Part shown: positions 1-12,658 of the stretch, one piece after another
Position numbering within the stretch: position 1 is the first letter of the stretch
Layout of the letters: each line of letters starts with the position of its first letter
Assembly (NCBI GenBank): GCA_964016885.1
Contig: OZ024740.1
Coordinates: forward strand, 337,218,001-337,282,000
Reading direction: 5' to 3'
DNA length: 64,000 nucleotides
From: Eledone cirrhosa
Taxonomy: Eukaryota
Translations under genes and position numbers: made by a program
The notes under the pieces: generated by a model
Seen by the model: only the letters and a program-made list of their open reading frames with translations
What the model was told of the DNA's origin: nothing
Database searches by the model: none

Positions 1-387
1 AGTGTAACTACCCAACATATAAAACACTCTCCTTAAGTTTCCATTGTAATGTTTGTAGTCAAAAAGAATCATTAATGTCATTGTGAAAGACACCTTACAA
101 ATGTGTTTATAATATGCAATGTTGTTTATGATTGACTCAAGCTGGAATAGATTGTGGCAGTCATACAGTGTGTTCTTTGTGTACTGTGATGTTAAAAAAA
201 GGTAAAAGAGCCTTTAAATCCTGATGGAGTTGTAGGGGTGCTGTCATGACACACAGCATATCTTGGCCATTTTAAGACTGGTGGTATCCATCTCCTTCTC
301 TGGATTAGAACCCAGTTTATTTTTCTTTTCAGAGAAATAGAGAGAGAGAGAGAGGAAGAATCACCCTCCCCCTTCTTCCCCTGTACT

Positions 388-525
388 TTTGACCTCTTAT
401 TGATCCTGGTAGGATAAAAGGTAAAGTTGACTTCGATAGGATTTGAACTCAGAGCACAGAGAAACAGAACAAATATTGAGGCAGTTTTAATTCAATGCCC
501 TAATGACTCTGCCAATTTACCACCT
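388..525 (-). mobile_element. Degenerate tRNA-derived SINE (family 1)
   Basis: Reverse complement matches the family-1 core ctgagttcaaatcc...aactttRccttt seen at 35802-36005. Confidence 0.7.
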
Positions 526-529
526 TTGT

Positions 530-975
530 GTATTGTAACTGGAATAATATTGTGACTGGGATAATATTGGAACTGGAGTAATATTGTGACTGGAACAATA
601 TTGTGACTGGCATAATATTGTGACTGGAGTAATATTGTGACTGGGCTAATATTGTGATTGGGATAATATTGTGACTGGAGTAATATTGTGACTGGGATAA
701 TATTGTGACTGGAGTAATATTGTGACTAGGATAATATTGTGACTAGGATAATATTGTGATTGGGATAATATTGTGACTGGTATAATATTGTGTCTGGAAC
801 AATATGTGACTGGAGTAATATTGTGACTGGACTAATATTGTGAGTGGAGTAATATTGTAATGGGAGTAATATTATGACTGAACTAATATTGTGACTAGAA
901 TATTACTGTGACTGGAGCAATAGAATGAGTAACCGGAGCAATATGGTGATCAGATAAATATTGTGACTAGAGAAA
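530..975. repeat. 17-bp minisatellite (AATATTGTGACTGGNNT)n
   Basis: About 25 tandem imperfect copies read directly; the array degenerates toward the 3' end. Confidence 0.95.
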
Positions 976-1729
976 TGTTGTAACATGTCCAGTGTTGTGG
1001 GTGAATAAATTATTTGGAAATCAACCAATGCTAAATGCTGTTGAATATTCCATAAAACAAGAAGAATCCCAAACTGAATTCCTTAAAGAGAATGTTCCAT
1101 AAATTGTAGCTTCCCCATTTTTCATGAATGATATAGCATATTAAAATCAATGTGATATCAAAGAATCAACTGTAACAAAAACAGGTTACTGCTGCCATTG
1201 CTGTTGTTGCTGCTGCCTACATAACTGGGGAAATGGTCAGAGATGCTATATCAGCAATAAAACTAAATAAAGCAAGATATTTCTTTGCATCACTTGACCA
1301 CAGAGAATGATGATATGTTTCCCTAAAGAATTCTAATAGCAAGGCGCCATAAAAATGGCTTGATCTGCTTATCCAAATAATTCTTGTAATATATACATCC
1401 CCTACCACACCTGCTACTATTTGGACATAAACAGCACTGTCATGATCGATTATCAGACATTTTCTTTTGACAAAATCATTGGAACAACTACAAGGCTTCT
1501 TTCTCGCTGTCTTTTATGACCATTTTCTGGCTTGGCACTCAGTTGAAAGTTGGCAGGTTTTGAACTGTTGGAATATTACTGTTGGTTGAGTTAATTTCAT
1601 AATTAATGGAGGATTCAGTTGAGGCCCAGGGTAGAACTTCTGCTTCACAATTTCTTCTTCTATAGAAAATGTTATTCTTCTTCTCTTCTGTTATTTTAAA
1701 TATCATTTTTCTACTCATTTGTTATTGCA

Positions 1730-2460
1730 TGGTGGTGTAGTGTAGTGGTGGTGTAGTGTGGTAATGGTGTAGTGTGGTGGTGTAGTGTGGTGGTGTATTG
1801 TGGTGATGGTGTAGTGTAGTGTTGTGTAATGGTGTAGTGTAATAGTGTAGTATGGTGGTGTATTGTGGTGATAGTGTAGTGTAGGTGTGTAATGGTGTAG
1901 TGTGGTGGTGTGGTGGTGTAGTGTAGCAGTGGTGTAGTGTGGTGGTTGTGTAGTGTGGAGTTGTGTAATGGTGTAGTGTGGTGTTGTTGTGCGGGGGGGG
2001 GGGTGTAGTGTGGTGGTGTAATGTGGTGGTGTAGTGTAGTGGTGGTGTATTGTTGTGATGGTGTAGTGTGGTGTTGTGTAATGGTGCAGTGTGATGGTGG
2101 TGTAGTGTGGTGGTGGTGTAGTGTGATGTTGTGTAATGGTGTAGTGTGGTAGTGTAGTGTGGTGGTGGTGTAGTGTGGTGGTGATGTAGTGTAGTGGTGG
2201 TGTAGTGTGGTGCTGGTGTAGTGTGGTGGTGGTGGTGTAGTATAACGGTGGTGTAGTGTAGTGGTGTGTGTAGTGTGATGTTGTGTAATGGTGTAGTATG
2301 GTGGTGGTGTAGTGCTGGTGTAGTGTAGTGGTGGTGTAGTGTGGTGGTGGTGTAGTGTAGTGGTGTTGCTGTGTGGTGGCGTAGTGTGGTGGTGGCGTAG
2401 TGGTGGTGGTGTAGTGTAGTGGTGGTGGTGTAGTATAGTGGTGGTGGTGTGTAGTAGTGT
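1730..2460. repeat. Compound (GTG)/(GTAGT) microsatellite
   Basis: Low-complexity G/T run that explains the His/Thr/Tyr ORFs at 1711-2517. Confidence 0.95.
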
Positions 2461-2491
2461 ATGTATGTATATATATATATATATATATATA

Positions 2492-2897
2492 TCATCATCA
2501 TCATCATCGTTTAACATGCATCTTCCACGCTAGCATGGATTTGGACGGGAATTTTCCCACTTGAGGCAAGATTGGTTGTCTTGCTCGTATAGGACTGTCT
2601 GGCGGGTTTTCTACGGCTGGATGCTCTTCCTAACACCAACCACGTTTACAGTGTGGACTGGGAGGTTTTTACTGTGTTACCTACACGGCCACATTACAGC
2701 GTGGACTGTGTGTGTTTTTGTTGTGACACCTACACAACCTCATTTGTTTCGGACTGGATGTTGTGGTACCAACATAACTTTATATTGAAAGGAGTGCTGT
2801 GGATGGGGTGGGGGTGGTGGGACCGGGGTGTATTTTTGTTAGAGGTACCTACTGACTGTAGGTTTCGCTTTGTGCTTAGGCAAGGCGGGTCTTCTGT
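2492..2897 (-). mobile_element. RTE LINE subfamily B, 3' UTR-only copy
   Basis: (CAT)n tail; sequence is the reverse complement of the 3' ends at 5275-5709 and 60910-61330. Confidence 0.9.
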
Positions 2898-2953
2898 ATA
2901 TATATATATTACTTCAAAATATTAATAAATATAGACATTCATGTGATCAAATA

Positions 2954-3019
2954 TATTTTATTATACCTATTTCAGAGGTACTGAGCTATTTCAACAGTAT
3001 GTCCTCATCAGATAAAATA
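2954..3019 (-). ncRNA. Type I hammerhead ribozyme motif (AUA family)
   Basis: Inverted copy of 3123-3188 with an intact core. Confidence 0.75.
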
Positions 3020-3122
3020 AGTTGATGCCTGACATACCTTGACTATGTTGAGGGTTATAATTTAGTCATGCCATGACTGAATTAAAACCATCAACATAGT
3101 CAAGGTATGTCAGGCATCAACT

Positions 3123-3188
3123 TATTTTATCTGATGAGGACATACTGTTGAAATAGCTCAGTGCCTCTGAAATAGGTATAATAAAATA
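3123..3188 (+). ncRNA. Type I hammerhead ribozyme motif (AUA family)
   Basis: UAUUUUAU-CUGAUGA-[GGACAUACUG...CAGUGCCUCU]-GAAA-U-AGGU-A-UA-AUAAAAUA. Stem I is 8 bp, stem III 2 bp, stem II imperfect. Confidence 0.75.
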
Positions 3189-3329
3189 TATTTGATCACA
3201 TGAATGTCTATATTTATTAATATTTTGAAGTAATATTAATAATTCCAGAAAACCTATTGTAGAGTGCTTCTAATCTATTGTGAAACTTTATTCATTGATT
3301 AATTCATTAAACCTTCTTAAACTTTTAAT

Positions 3330-3359
<30 letters not shown>

Positions 3360-3360
<1 letters not shown>

Positions 3361-3700
3361 ATGTTGGGGGACATAGAAATAGTTGGGCTGGACACACGAT
3401 CGTGTGGTTAAACCACTGGGAGTGAAGGACCCCTAGCCTTTGTCAGGGCATTCTTCTTGGAGAAGGCAAACAAGGAAACTGGGATAACTCTGGCATAACA
3501 CCTGTGGCTCAGTAGACCTTTTCTTCTTTTTGGGTTATAGCTACTGTCGCTCAGAGAGTGGGATTGGCTCAGTGCACAGTCTTTCCTCACTTAAAAAAAA
3601 CCTTCACGCACAGGCATTGCACGATAGAATTAATTAATAATTATTAATAATGGTATATCGTGCAATGGCTATACTCAATAACGAGTGGGCAGCCATCATA
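3360..3700 (+). repeat. Unclassified interspersed repeat (partial)
   Basis: Closely similar to 15185-15670 and related to 62678-63380. Confidence 0.75.
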
Positions 3701-3734
3701 TATATATATATGATGATATATGTATATACATATA

Positions 3735-4490
3735 TAATAATAATAATGGAATTATTGTGTACAGTGCTCAGGTGCACTACAACTCATCAAAGGTGCATGT
3801 ATAGTACATAGAATAATATACAAATGTCAGGGAAGTGAACAGTGTATGAGTCATGATATACATGTGTGAGTGTGTATGGAGGAGGAATATTAGGTGTAGT
3901 GTTGGGGAATCTCAGGAAGCATGGAGGTTTTAAAGGATGCAGTGTCTCAACAGCTAATAACTGATGCAGGTAGTTTATTCCATGCTTCAGCAACTCTGAG
4001 CATGAAAAGATGTTTCCGAAAGTCATGGGAGCTGTGTTATTTTCTGACTTTGTTGGCATACCCACGTGTGTTAGACACATGGAAATCAAAAAGGTACTCA
4101 GGGTTGTTGTTAGCAAGATGGTTAATAATTTTGTGGGTGTTTACCAAGTCAGTTGCCAGACTGAGCTTCAATGTATCCATGCCCAGGGAAGTAAGGTGTT
4201 CAGAGTATGGTAGATGCCTGATGGAGGGTATTCGAATGTCTCTGAACAGTTTCCAGGTGGTCAATGTTCTGAGCAAGATAGGGGTTCCAGACTGGTGATG
4301 CAAGTTCTAAGTGTGGCCACACCATAGCTATATACAGTTTTAAATAGATAGCTTTAAATAGATAGCTTTAAATAGATAGCTTTAAATAGATAGCTGACAA
4401 AAGTCTTGCTGAGTGATGCTAAGACTACCTCGGCCTTCTTGACAATTTTAGAGACGTACTTTGTCCAACACAAATCACTGCTGACAGTCT
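3735..4490 (-). mobile_element. CR1-group LINE, 3' fragment
   Basis: Peptide IPSIRHLPYSEHL...NTRGYANKVRK is typical of the CR1 ORF2 C-terminus. (ATT)n tail. Copies at 56215 and 59530. Confidence 0.85.
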
Positions 4491-5709
4491 GTGATCCATT
4501 GTTGCATTGTGTCCAGGTCAGATTGCAGGCAAGCCATGCTCAGTGTGTAGGAAAGGAGTAGCCAGAAACTCCATTTTATGTCCCAAATGCAAAGTATGGG
4601 TGCATAAAAGATGTAGTGAGATCATAGGTAACCTAACTAAGAACATAGATTTATATGTGGCCGGTGCTCAGGTGCAATAAGTAGTGGCAAGTTCCCATTC
4701 CATTGCCCAGATGGTTCTATATAAATAGTGGACACCTTCCGTTATCTGGGTGACAAAATCAACAGTGGTGGAGGGTGCTCTGAAAGTACAGTAGCTAGAG
4801 TCAGAAAGGGATGGAAAAAGTTCAGAGAGCTTATACCGTTGTTGGCCACTAAAGGTTTCTCTCTAAAAAGGAAAGGCAGATTGTATACGAACTGCAATGC
4901 TACATGGCAGTGATACATGGGCATTGTGTGCAGAGGACCTGCGCAGACTGGAAAGGAACGAAGCATGCATGCTCCATTGGATGTGTAATAGTAATATATG
5001 TGAAAAGCAAAGCATAAATGAACTAAGTGAGAAATTAGGAATAAGAGGAATCAGATGTTGTTTACTCGAGAGAAGACTACGTTGGCATGGTCATGTGATG
5101 CGCATGAAAGACGACAGCTGTATAAAAAAGTGCAGGGCGATCAAAATAGACGGTAGCTACGGAGTAGGCAGACCTAGAAAAACCTGGGACGACTTGATAA
5201 ATTCCGAACTTACACACTTACACCTCTCCTAGACAATGTCACTGGACCGAGATCTTTGGCGCTACGCAGTAATACAGAAGACCCGCCTTGCCTAAGTACA
5301 AAGCGAAACCTACAGTCAGTAGGCACCTCTTAACCAAAATACACCCCCGTCCCACTACCCCTACCCCCACCCCCATCTACACCACCCCTTTCGATGTAAA
5401 GTTATGTTGGTACCGCAACATCCAGTCCTAAATAAATGAGGTCGTGTAGGTGTCACAACAAAAAAACAAAAACACACAGTCCACACTGTAATGTGGCCGT
5501 GTAGGTAACATGGTAAAAACCTCCCAGTCCACACTGTAAATGTGGTTTGTGTTAGGAAGGGCATCCAGCCGTAGAAAACCTGCCAGACAGTCCTACACGA
5601 GCAAGACAACCAATCTTCCCCCCCCCCCAAGTGGGACAATTCCCGTCTAAACCCATGCTAGCGTGGAAGATAGACGTTAAACGATGATGATGATGATGAT
5701 GATGATGAT
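4490..5709 (+). mobile_element. RTE LINE subfamily B, 5'-truncated and decayed, nested in a CR1 copy
   Basis: FRYLGD...GWKKFREL...RRLRWHGHVMRM...GRPRKTW; (GAT)n tail. Confidence 0.9.
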
Positions 5710-6040
5710 CTATAGTGTTCAGGATCTGTCCTTTTTATCTCAAGGTACAGCTTGATGTCATCTGCATATTTCAGTACTGTGGCATTCTTTAAGTTGGCAT
5801 CTATGTCATTAATATATGCCACAAACAAAAGGGGGCCAAGAAGAGATCCCTGTGGTACACCAGATGACATCTCATATGGTGAGGAATGCTGTCCTAGAAC
5901 TGTAACTACCTCTCTTCGACTGAGAATGAAGGACTTCAACCAGTTAAAAAGATCATCCTTCACACCCATTGCAGAGAGTTTTGCCATAAGTCTTTTGTGT
6001 GGCACAGAATTGAAAGCTTTAGCAGAGTCAAGGTATTTAC
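5710..6040 (-). mobile_element. CR1-group LINE RT core fragment
   Basis: YLDSAKAFNSVPH...GVPQGSLLGPLLF...YADDIKL; same strand as 3735-4490. Confidence 0.9.
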
Positions 6041-6064
6041 ATATTATGTATTTACATATCAAAA

Positions 6065-6245
6065 AAATTGTTTCTAATTTTGGTACAACGCCAGCAATTT
6101 GAAAGGAAGGGGTAAAGTTGATTAAATCAATCCCAGTGCATTACTGGTACTTTATTTTATTGACCCTGTAAGGATGTAAGGCAAATCTAACCATGGTAGG
6201 ATTTCAAATCAAAACTTAAAGGGCTTAACTATATGTGGCAAAGTA
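6065..6245 (-). mobile_element. tRNA-derived SINE (family 1)
   Basis: Matches the family-1 consensus. Confidence 0.75.
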
Positions 6246-6983
6246 TATACACATGTACACATCAGAATTATAAAACTTACGATAATGTAACCATCACTTT
6301 GTGCATTTAGAAATAGGTAAGAAAGACAAAATAAAGGAAAAGAGTTCGTTAAATACTTAGTTCAAAATATGTCCTTTCTAAAAAGCTCTTGCTGGTATGG
6401 AAGAGATGGGTCAAATTACTGCTTTTCCCATCTGAAGCCATTCCAAACCTTTGCCTTTCTGGACCAAGAGAAAAAAATGCAGGGAAAACAATTCACTCGG
6501 TTACTCTGTGACCTTGCAGGGAAAATTCAAATGACAGAGACACAGCCTCTACCTGAAACAGAAGCAATATGCAGGTGTAGCGTGAACTGCAGCAGCTGAG
6601 CAGCCAGCCTTTTTAAACATTTACAGAAAATTGTGAGCAGCAGACCTGGCTGCAACAGATACCGAGTCTAGACTATGCACATCAACACACATGACCACCA
6701 CAGATATTAGATCTGGTATAGCTACCTCTGACATACAAATGATTAAGCCAGATGGGTTCTTTAACATTACAGACTTACACATAAAAATATAGAAGAAAGA
6801 GGTAATAGTCATAGATGAAATAAACTCCAATTCAGCTACTTAACCTGATTGGCTCACAGCAATCCTCCTAAAGACTTGTAAATGAGTCATAGCCAAACCA
6901 CAATAGATCCTCTATAGCAAAAGATCATCATGTAAATTTATATATAGACTATAGTTTACTTCATGCCAATATATTTTGAGTAA

Positions 6984-7035
6984 GAATCCACTGCTGAAAA
7001 ATTAACAAATCTTGAAACAGCACTGTCAGACATTC
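6984..7035 (+). ncRNA. Decayed hammerhead motif in a pLTR-like repeat (~6900-7255)
   Basis: GAAUCCA-CUGcUGA-AAAAUU..AAUCUU-GAAACAG-CA-CUGUC-AGACAUUC; homologous to 34371-34423. Confidence 0.6.
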
Positions 7036-7325
7036 TCAGAATATACTGGCAATTCAGGGATACATTCATTGAGGAAAATAGAGAAAAATGATTTTTTTTG
7101 TTTCTTTTTGTTTCATATCGTTATGAAAAAATACTTTTCTTTATCAGCGAGGTTACCCCTATGTTTATTGTTTATAATGTATTATATATGTTTGTATATG
7201 TTTTCATATGCACCTCTATTATATTTAAATCTTGTCTTAGTGCTAGTGCCAATTATATATATATATTATATATACATTCATATATATATACATACACACC
7301 CACACACACACACACACATATATAT

Positions 7326-7650
7326 TGGGTACAAGCTGAAGCATATAGACAATATGCCCCCACCCCCTCCCACTGCAAAGTGGTTTTTGAGGTGTCACAA
7401 TGAAAAAGCACCCAGCCCACACTGTAAAGTGGACGTGTAGGCGCCATGGAAAAAAGCACCCAGCACTCACTGTAAATGAGGTTGGTGTTAGGGAGGTCAT
7501 CCAGCTGTAGAAATCAAGCCAAAATCAGTTCCTGTATGAGCAAGGCATGGTCAGCCAACCAGACACTGCCCACAACAGGACAACCCGTCTTACCCATGCT
7601 AGCATGGAAGAACGGACGCAAAACGGTGATGATGATGATGATGATGATGA
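7326..7650 (+). mobile_element. RTE LINE subfamily A, 3' UTR-only copy
   Basis: Matches 30327-30634; (GAT)n tail. Confidence 0.9.
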
Positions 7651-8167
7651 TATGTATGTATATATATATATAAATGCACACATACACACACACAAAACCA
7701 TTGTTAGCAGAGAAAATAGATTTAAATGATGACAATGATGATGATGATAATAAATATATATATGTTTGCTTGTTAAGACAAGGTAAAACTACAAACTAAT
7801 TGAAATATCTCAATACTGTGATGCAGAGTAAATACAAATTTATTTTTTTAATTATGCTGACACTTGTACAAACTTCCATTCCTCAGAGGAATTTTTTCAA
7901 AGTGAGCTTTGCAAAGTTTGCTTCAAAAAGTTTTCTTGTAAAACGAAACAATTTGTAGAATCATCAACATATTAAATCTTCTTAATTTATATATATAGAT
8001 ATATAAAGTAAGAAGAAGAGACGGTTTTACATCTTATGCTTCAATTTATTGTCTCACATAATACATATTCTGTACATTTCAAAGGCATTAAATTGTCATT
8101 ATGTAACAGTTAATGCCTTGATATGCCTGCTTTTGAAAGTTGTTGTTCATTCAATTTATATATATAT

Positions 8168-8200
<33 letters not shown>

Positions 8201-8744
8201 TATATTCATAGAAAAATAAGAAAACTCATCGCTAGAACAGCTATTAAATCAGCCAAATGCTGTCAATAACAGAGATAGGCAAAAATGTCTTAGCGGACAG
8301 AGACAAGCAGCCTGTTTTTTTTATATTTCACCTGCCTGTCACCCACCTTGTTGATTGTCTCTCTGCTGACCACTGGCTGCTGGTCTCTGATGTTGAATAT
8401 GTGGTACTGTCCCTCTTCCTTTTTTTAATATTGATACTCTGTCTGATATCATATATGTAATACCTTGTGGTACACATGACATGGAGTGCTTTCACCTGAC
8501 TACACCATTATTGGTCAATTGCCAGCATCAACAAACAATGATCACCATAATAAATATATATATATATATATAGTAGGCAGTCAGGGCTAAAATGCTGAGC
8601 TCTTCAACTGCTGTCAAAATGGCAAGAGCTCAGCTGCCAGGCTCCGACTCTCTACCATATTTACACTCTAGAGTACTCTGCTGAATAATGGTTTTACTAC
8701 TTGAAACTAGTAAAATCTATCTATCTATCTATCTATATTTATCT

Positions 8745-9663
8745 GGCAGGCGGACCCGGCGATCAGTGGAGACTCCACTTCGTCATTCTATAGAGGGTTG
8801 GTCCGCAGCAAGTGCGACGACGCGCTCGGTGAAACTCTGGGCGTAGAGGAAGATGAACTGGCCAGTCTGTTCGGTAGGACCTTCCGCCCGGGACCGATGG
8901 ACAACTTCCAAAAGTCCCTGGCCTGGCAGTGCTACCGAGGAGCTCTACCAGTTCGAGACAAGCTCTACAGACATGGGCGCCCGGGCAGGGACCCTGCAAA
9001 AAAGATCTGTCCGAGGTGCGTGCGAGACGAAGAAACCGTCGCGCACGCATTCATACACTGCCCGGGCATCACTGACCTGTGGGGCTATGTTGAACGACTA
9101 TTGTCGCGGGTGGGACCAATCCAGTTGACCACCGAGTCCATTGTCATGATCAAACCGCCACCCTCCTTCAAAAACGAAGGAGAGGCGGTTTTCCTTTGTG
9201 TGATAGCTATGGCGAAAGAGGTTGTATAGTGGACAAGGTTGAAAGGGCTGAGGTCAGACACCTTTCTCTCCGGCCAACAACTGATTCTTTTTTTCAAATA
9301 CCACTTTGGAAGAAGAATCAGGATGGAGAGAGAGGTGCTGTACCCCAGCAAGTTTTATGAAAGGTGGGTGAAAGTGGCGAGAATGGCCCGAGTGAATGGG
9401 CCTTCTCTCTATATCAGCCTGTAGGTTGAGGAAAAGGAGGAGGAGAGGAAACGAGTACAAGCTCTTCGTACTCCTGGAGATGAGGGTTGCACATTTTTTT
9501 TCGGGGGTATGTGTTACCCATATAAACTGTCTCCCTCTATTGGGGAAAATCGACTAACTTTTTTAAATTCCATCTGTGATAACATTTTACACGTTTTTAT
9601 TGTATGTAAACTTCCCCCTTTGTATTTGTCCCCTTCTTTTGTGCCCCTGTGGCTAATAAAGAA
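8745..9663 (+). mobile_element. Tx1/L1-group LINE, 3' fragment
   Basis: FQKSLAWQCYRGALPVRDKL...CPRC...ETVAHAFIHC (zf-RVT-type CCHC) with an in-frame stop. Ends AATAAAGAAA before (AT)n. Confidence 0.85.
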
Positions 9664-9764
9664 ATATATATTTATATATATATGTATGTATGTGTGTGTG
9701 TGTGTGTGTGTGTGCGTGTGTGTGTGTGCGTGTGTGTGTATATGTGTGTGTATGTGTGTATGGT

Positions 9765-10115
9765 GAGAGAGAAGGCACATGGCTTGGTGGCAAGAGAGTT
9801 GAATTCGCAATCATGAGGTCATGAGTTTGATCTCAGAACATGTGATACGTTATGTCCTTCAGCAAGACACTTTATTTCACTTTATTCCAGTTCACTCAGC
9901 TGTAGAAATGAGTTGTGATGTTACTGGTGCCAAGTCATATTGACCTTTACCTTGGACTATATCAATAGCATGGATAGGGGAGACTTGAATGGGTGACTAT
10001 TGGTCTTTCACAAACAACGTTGTTTGGTTTTGTGCCTTGAAGGGGAACTTTCTAGGTGCAAAACCCATCGACATTTGAGACTGAAGGGGATCTTTACTCT
10101 TTTATCCTTTTTATG
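9765..10115 (+). mobile_element. tRNA-derived SINE (family 2)
   Basis: A/B-box-like head followed by gtccttNagcaagacactt; homologous to 62065-62425. Confidence 0.75.
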
Positions 10116-10615
10116 ACTGCATTTCTAATTAAATACACTCTATTTTAATTAATTAATGAAGAATTTTGAAGGATTTGCTAAAATTATTAATTATTTCATT
10201 AGTAAGATAGTATCTTAATGTAAGGTTCTTATATAAAATGATGTTGGAAGATTATAAATTAAATTGGAAACCTTTGAAATGGGTGGTTTTATTTCATAGA
10301 ACCAGAGCTGGTTTTGGCTGGGCTGGTAACTAAAGGGTTATATTTATAAATATATATATATCCAACATGGTTAACTGAATACACAAGTACTCCCCCCATC
10401 TTCTTCTCTATTTTTTATTTCATCTTTTATTTCCCATTCTATCTTCTGATGAAGTGTCTAAAACATAAATTCTCTTTTCCTACTATATCAAGTGTTAAAC
10501 TAATATATTCTTCATTGTACTGTGTTGTTTGTTGTGTTGTTTCCATTTACTTTTTGCATATGCATATACACTCACACACATACACACACACTCATATATA
10601 TATATACATCTCCCC

Positions 10616-10649
<34 letters not shown>

Positions 10650-10664
10650 ATATATATAGATATA

Positions 10665-11023
10665 TAGCATCTCTAACAAAATACCACCCCAACCCCATCC
10701 ACACCACCCCGTTCTATGTAAAGTTATGTTGGTGCCGCGCCATCCAGGCCGAAACAAATGAGATCGTGTAGGTGTCACGACAAAAAAACACACAGTCCAC
10801 GCTGTAATGTGGCCGTGTAGGCAACACGGTAAAAACCTCCCAGACCCACACTGTAAATGTGGTTGGTGTTAGGAAGGGCATCCAACTGTAGAAAACCTGC
10901 CAGACAGTCCTATGCGAGCAAGACAACCACTCTTGCCTCAAGTGGGAAAACCCCCGTCCAAACCCATGCAAGCGTGGAACACGGACGTTAAACGTTGATG
11001 ATGATATTGATGATGATGATGAT
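10665..11023 (+). mobile_element. RTE subfamily B, 3' UTR-only copy
   Basis: Matches 60960-61330. Confidence 0.9.
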
Positions 11024-11442
11024 ATATATAATAGAATTAGAATTTAGCTTTGAGCATAGCTGTATACAGATGTGTATTAGAATTTTGTATTTCTAAAGAA
11101 ATACGGTATGTTTATAAATAAACATTTAGAAAGCCGTAGCTATGCAAAAACAAGAGCAGCTATCGTCAGCTGCTGGTGTCCAGCAAGGGGGACAATCGTT
11201 GATGCATTTTGAACTGAAATGGTTCTCATCAGGTTGATCCCTCCCGCTCTTGCAACTGCTTGACTTTGAAAACAGGCGAGAATATATAGTTTATTCATAT
11301 ATAAATGATAATTCTTTCTGTCTGAAGCTTCCAGTTTTGCATGCACGATCATAAAAGTATAGAAGCACACTTCCTTTTCATCTGCCTGTCTCTTATATAT
11401 TGAGCTGAACAATAATATTGAAAAACAACAATAAATATATAT

Positions 11443-12176
11443 ATCATCATCTTCATCATCACCGTTTTATGTCCATTCTTCCACGCTAGCATGGGTTAGA
11501 CGGGTTGTCCTGTTGTGGGCAATGTTAGGTCAGGTGACCTTGTCTTGCTCATACGGGAACTGATTCTGGTTTAATTTCTACAGCTGGATGCCTTTCCTAA
11601 CACCAACCTCATTTACAGTGAGTGCTGGTTGCTTTTTTACCGTGGCGCCTACACGACCACTTTACAGTGTAGTCTGGGTGCTTTTTTGTCATGACACCTA
11701 CACGACCACTTTACAGTGGCAGGGGATGGGGGCGTACTGTCTATATGCTTTGGCTTTGGCTTGTTCCCATGGGAAGTCGGGTCTTCTGTATTACTGCGTG
11801 ATGCCAGAGGTCACGGTCCTGTATCATCGCCGTTGACATGTGCAATTGGGCAAGGTCCGTTTTTATCACCTCATCCCAGGTCTTCTTGGGTCTCCCACGC
11901 CATGGCTTCTATCAACTTCTAGTGCTCTGCACCTTTTTATGCAGCTGTCATCCTTCATACACATCACATCTCCATACCAACACATCCTCCTCTCCTGCTC
12001 ACAGCATTTGATTCATCTTATGCTCAGTCTCTCTCTCAGTTCGTTTATGCTTTGCCATTCACGTATATTGCTATCACACATCCATCGGAGCATGCAAGCT
12101 TCATTTCTTTCTAAGCTACGCAAGTCTTCTACACACAGCGCCGAGGTCTCACTACCATGTAACATTGCTGTTCGTA
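11443..12176 (-). mobile_element. RTE subfamily A-like, 3' fragment
   Basis: IRTAMLHGSET...ERNEACMLRWMC; (CAT)n tail. Confidence 0.9.
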
Positions 12177-12204
12177 TATATATATATATATATATATACG
12201 TATA

Positions 12205-12658
12205 TAAAAAAACCGGATCCCCCCAAATAAAAAATGGACCCTCCCAAATAAAAAACGGATCCCTCATTAAAAAACGGACCCCCCAAATAAAAAACGGATC
12301 CCACAAATAAAAAACGGATCCCCCCAATAAAAAACAGACTCCCCCCAAATAAAAAAATGGACCCTCCATCAATAAAAAACGGATTCCTCGCCCCATTATA
12401 AACGGACACCCCAATAAAAAATGGATCCCCCAAATAAAAATCACCCTCCTCAATAAAAATAGATCCCCCAAATAAAACGGACCCCTCCAAGAAATAACGT
12501 ATCCTCCTCCTAAATAAAAAACGGATCCCCTTGATAAAAAATGGATCCTCTAAATGAAAAAACGACCCCCCCCCCCAAAAAAAAATGTATCCCCCCAAAA
12601 ATAAAAAATGGATCCCCAAATAAAAAATGGACCCTCCTGCCCCCAAATTAAAAACCAT
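12205..12658. repeat. ~19-21 bp tandem repeat (AAAAAACGGATCCCCCAAAT)n
   Basis: About 20 imperfect copies read directly. Confidence 0.9.

Larger units (their letters stand above)
2906..3330. mobile_element. Palindromic hammerhead-bearing element (Penelope-like pLTR type)
   Basis: Near-perfect inverted repeat 2906-3236 centred near 3071, then a unique tail with GAGTGCT. (TA)n on both sides. Confidence 0.8.

Noticed and set aside
530-975. CRISPR-like regular repeat
   Set aside because: Tandem 17-mers with no unique spacers, in a eukaryotic context.
985-1700. Unique sequence that looks protein-like
   Set aside because: Stops in the frames examined, no recognisable motif and no clear splice pair.
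1711-2517. His/Thr-rich 268-aa and 261-aa ORFs
   Set aside because: Translations of a microsatellite.
6369-6830. Short ORFs in unique sequence
   Set aside because: No motif or convincing exon boundaries.
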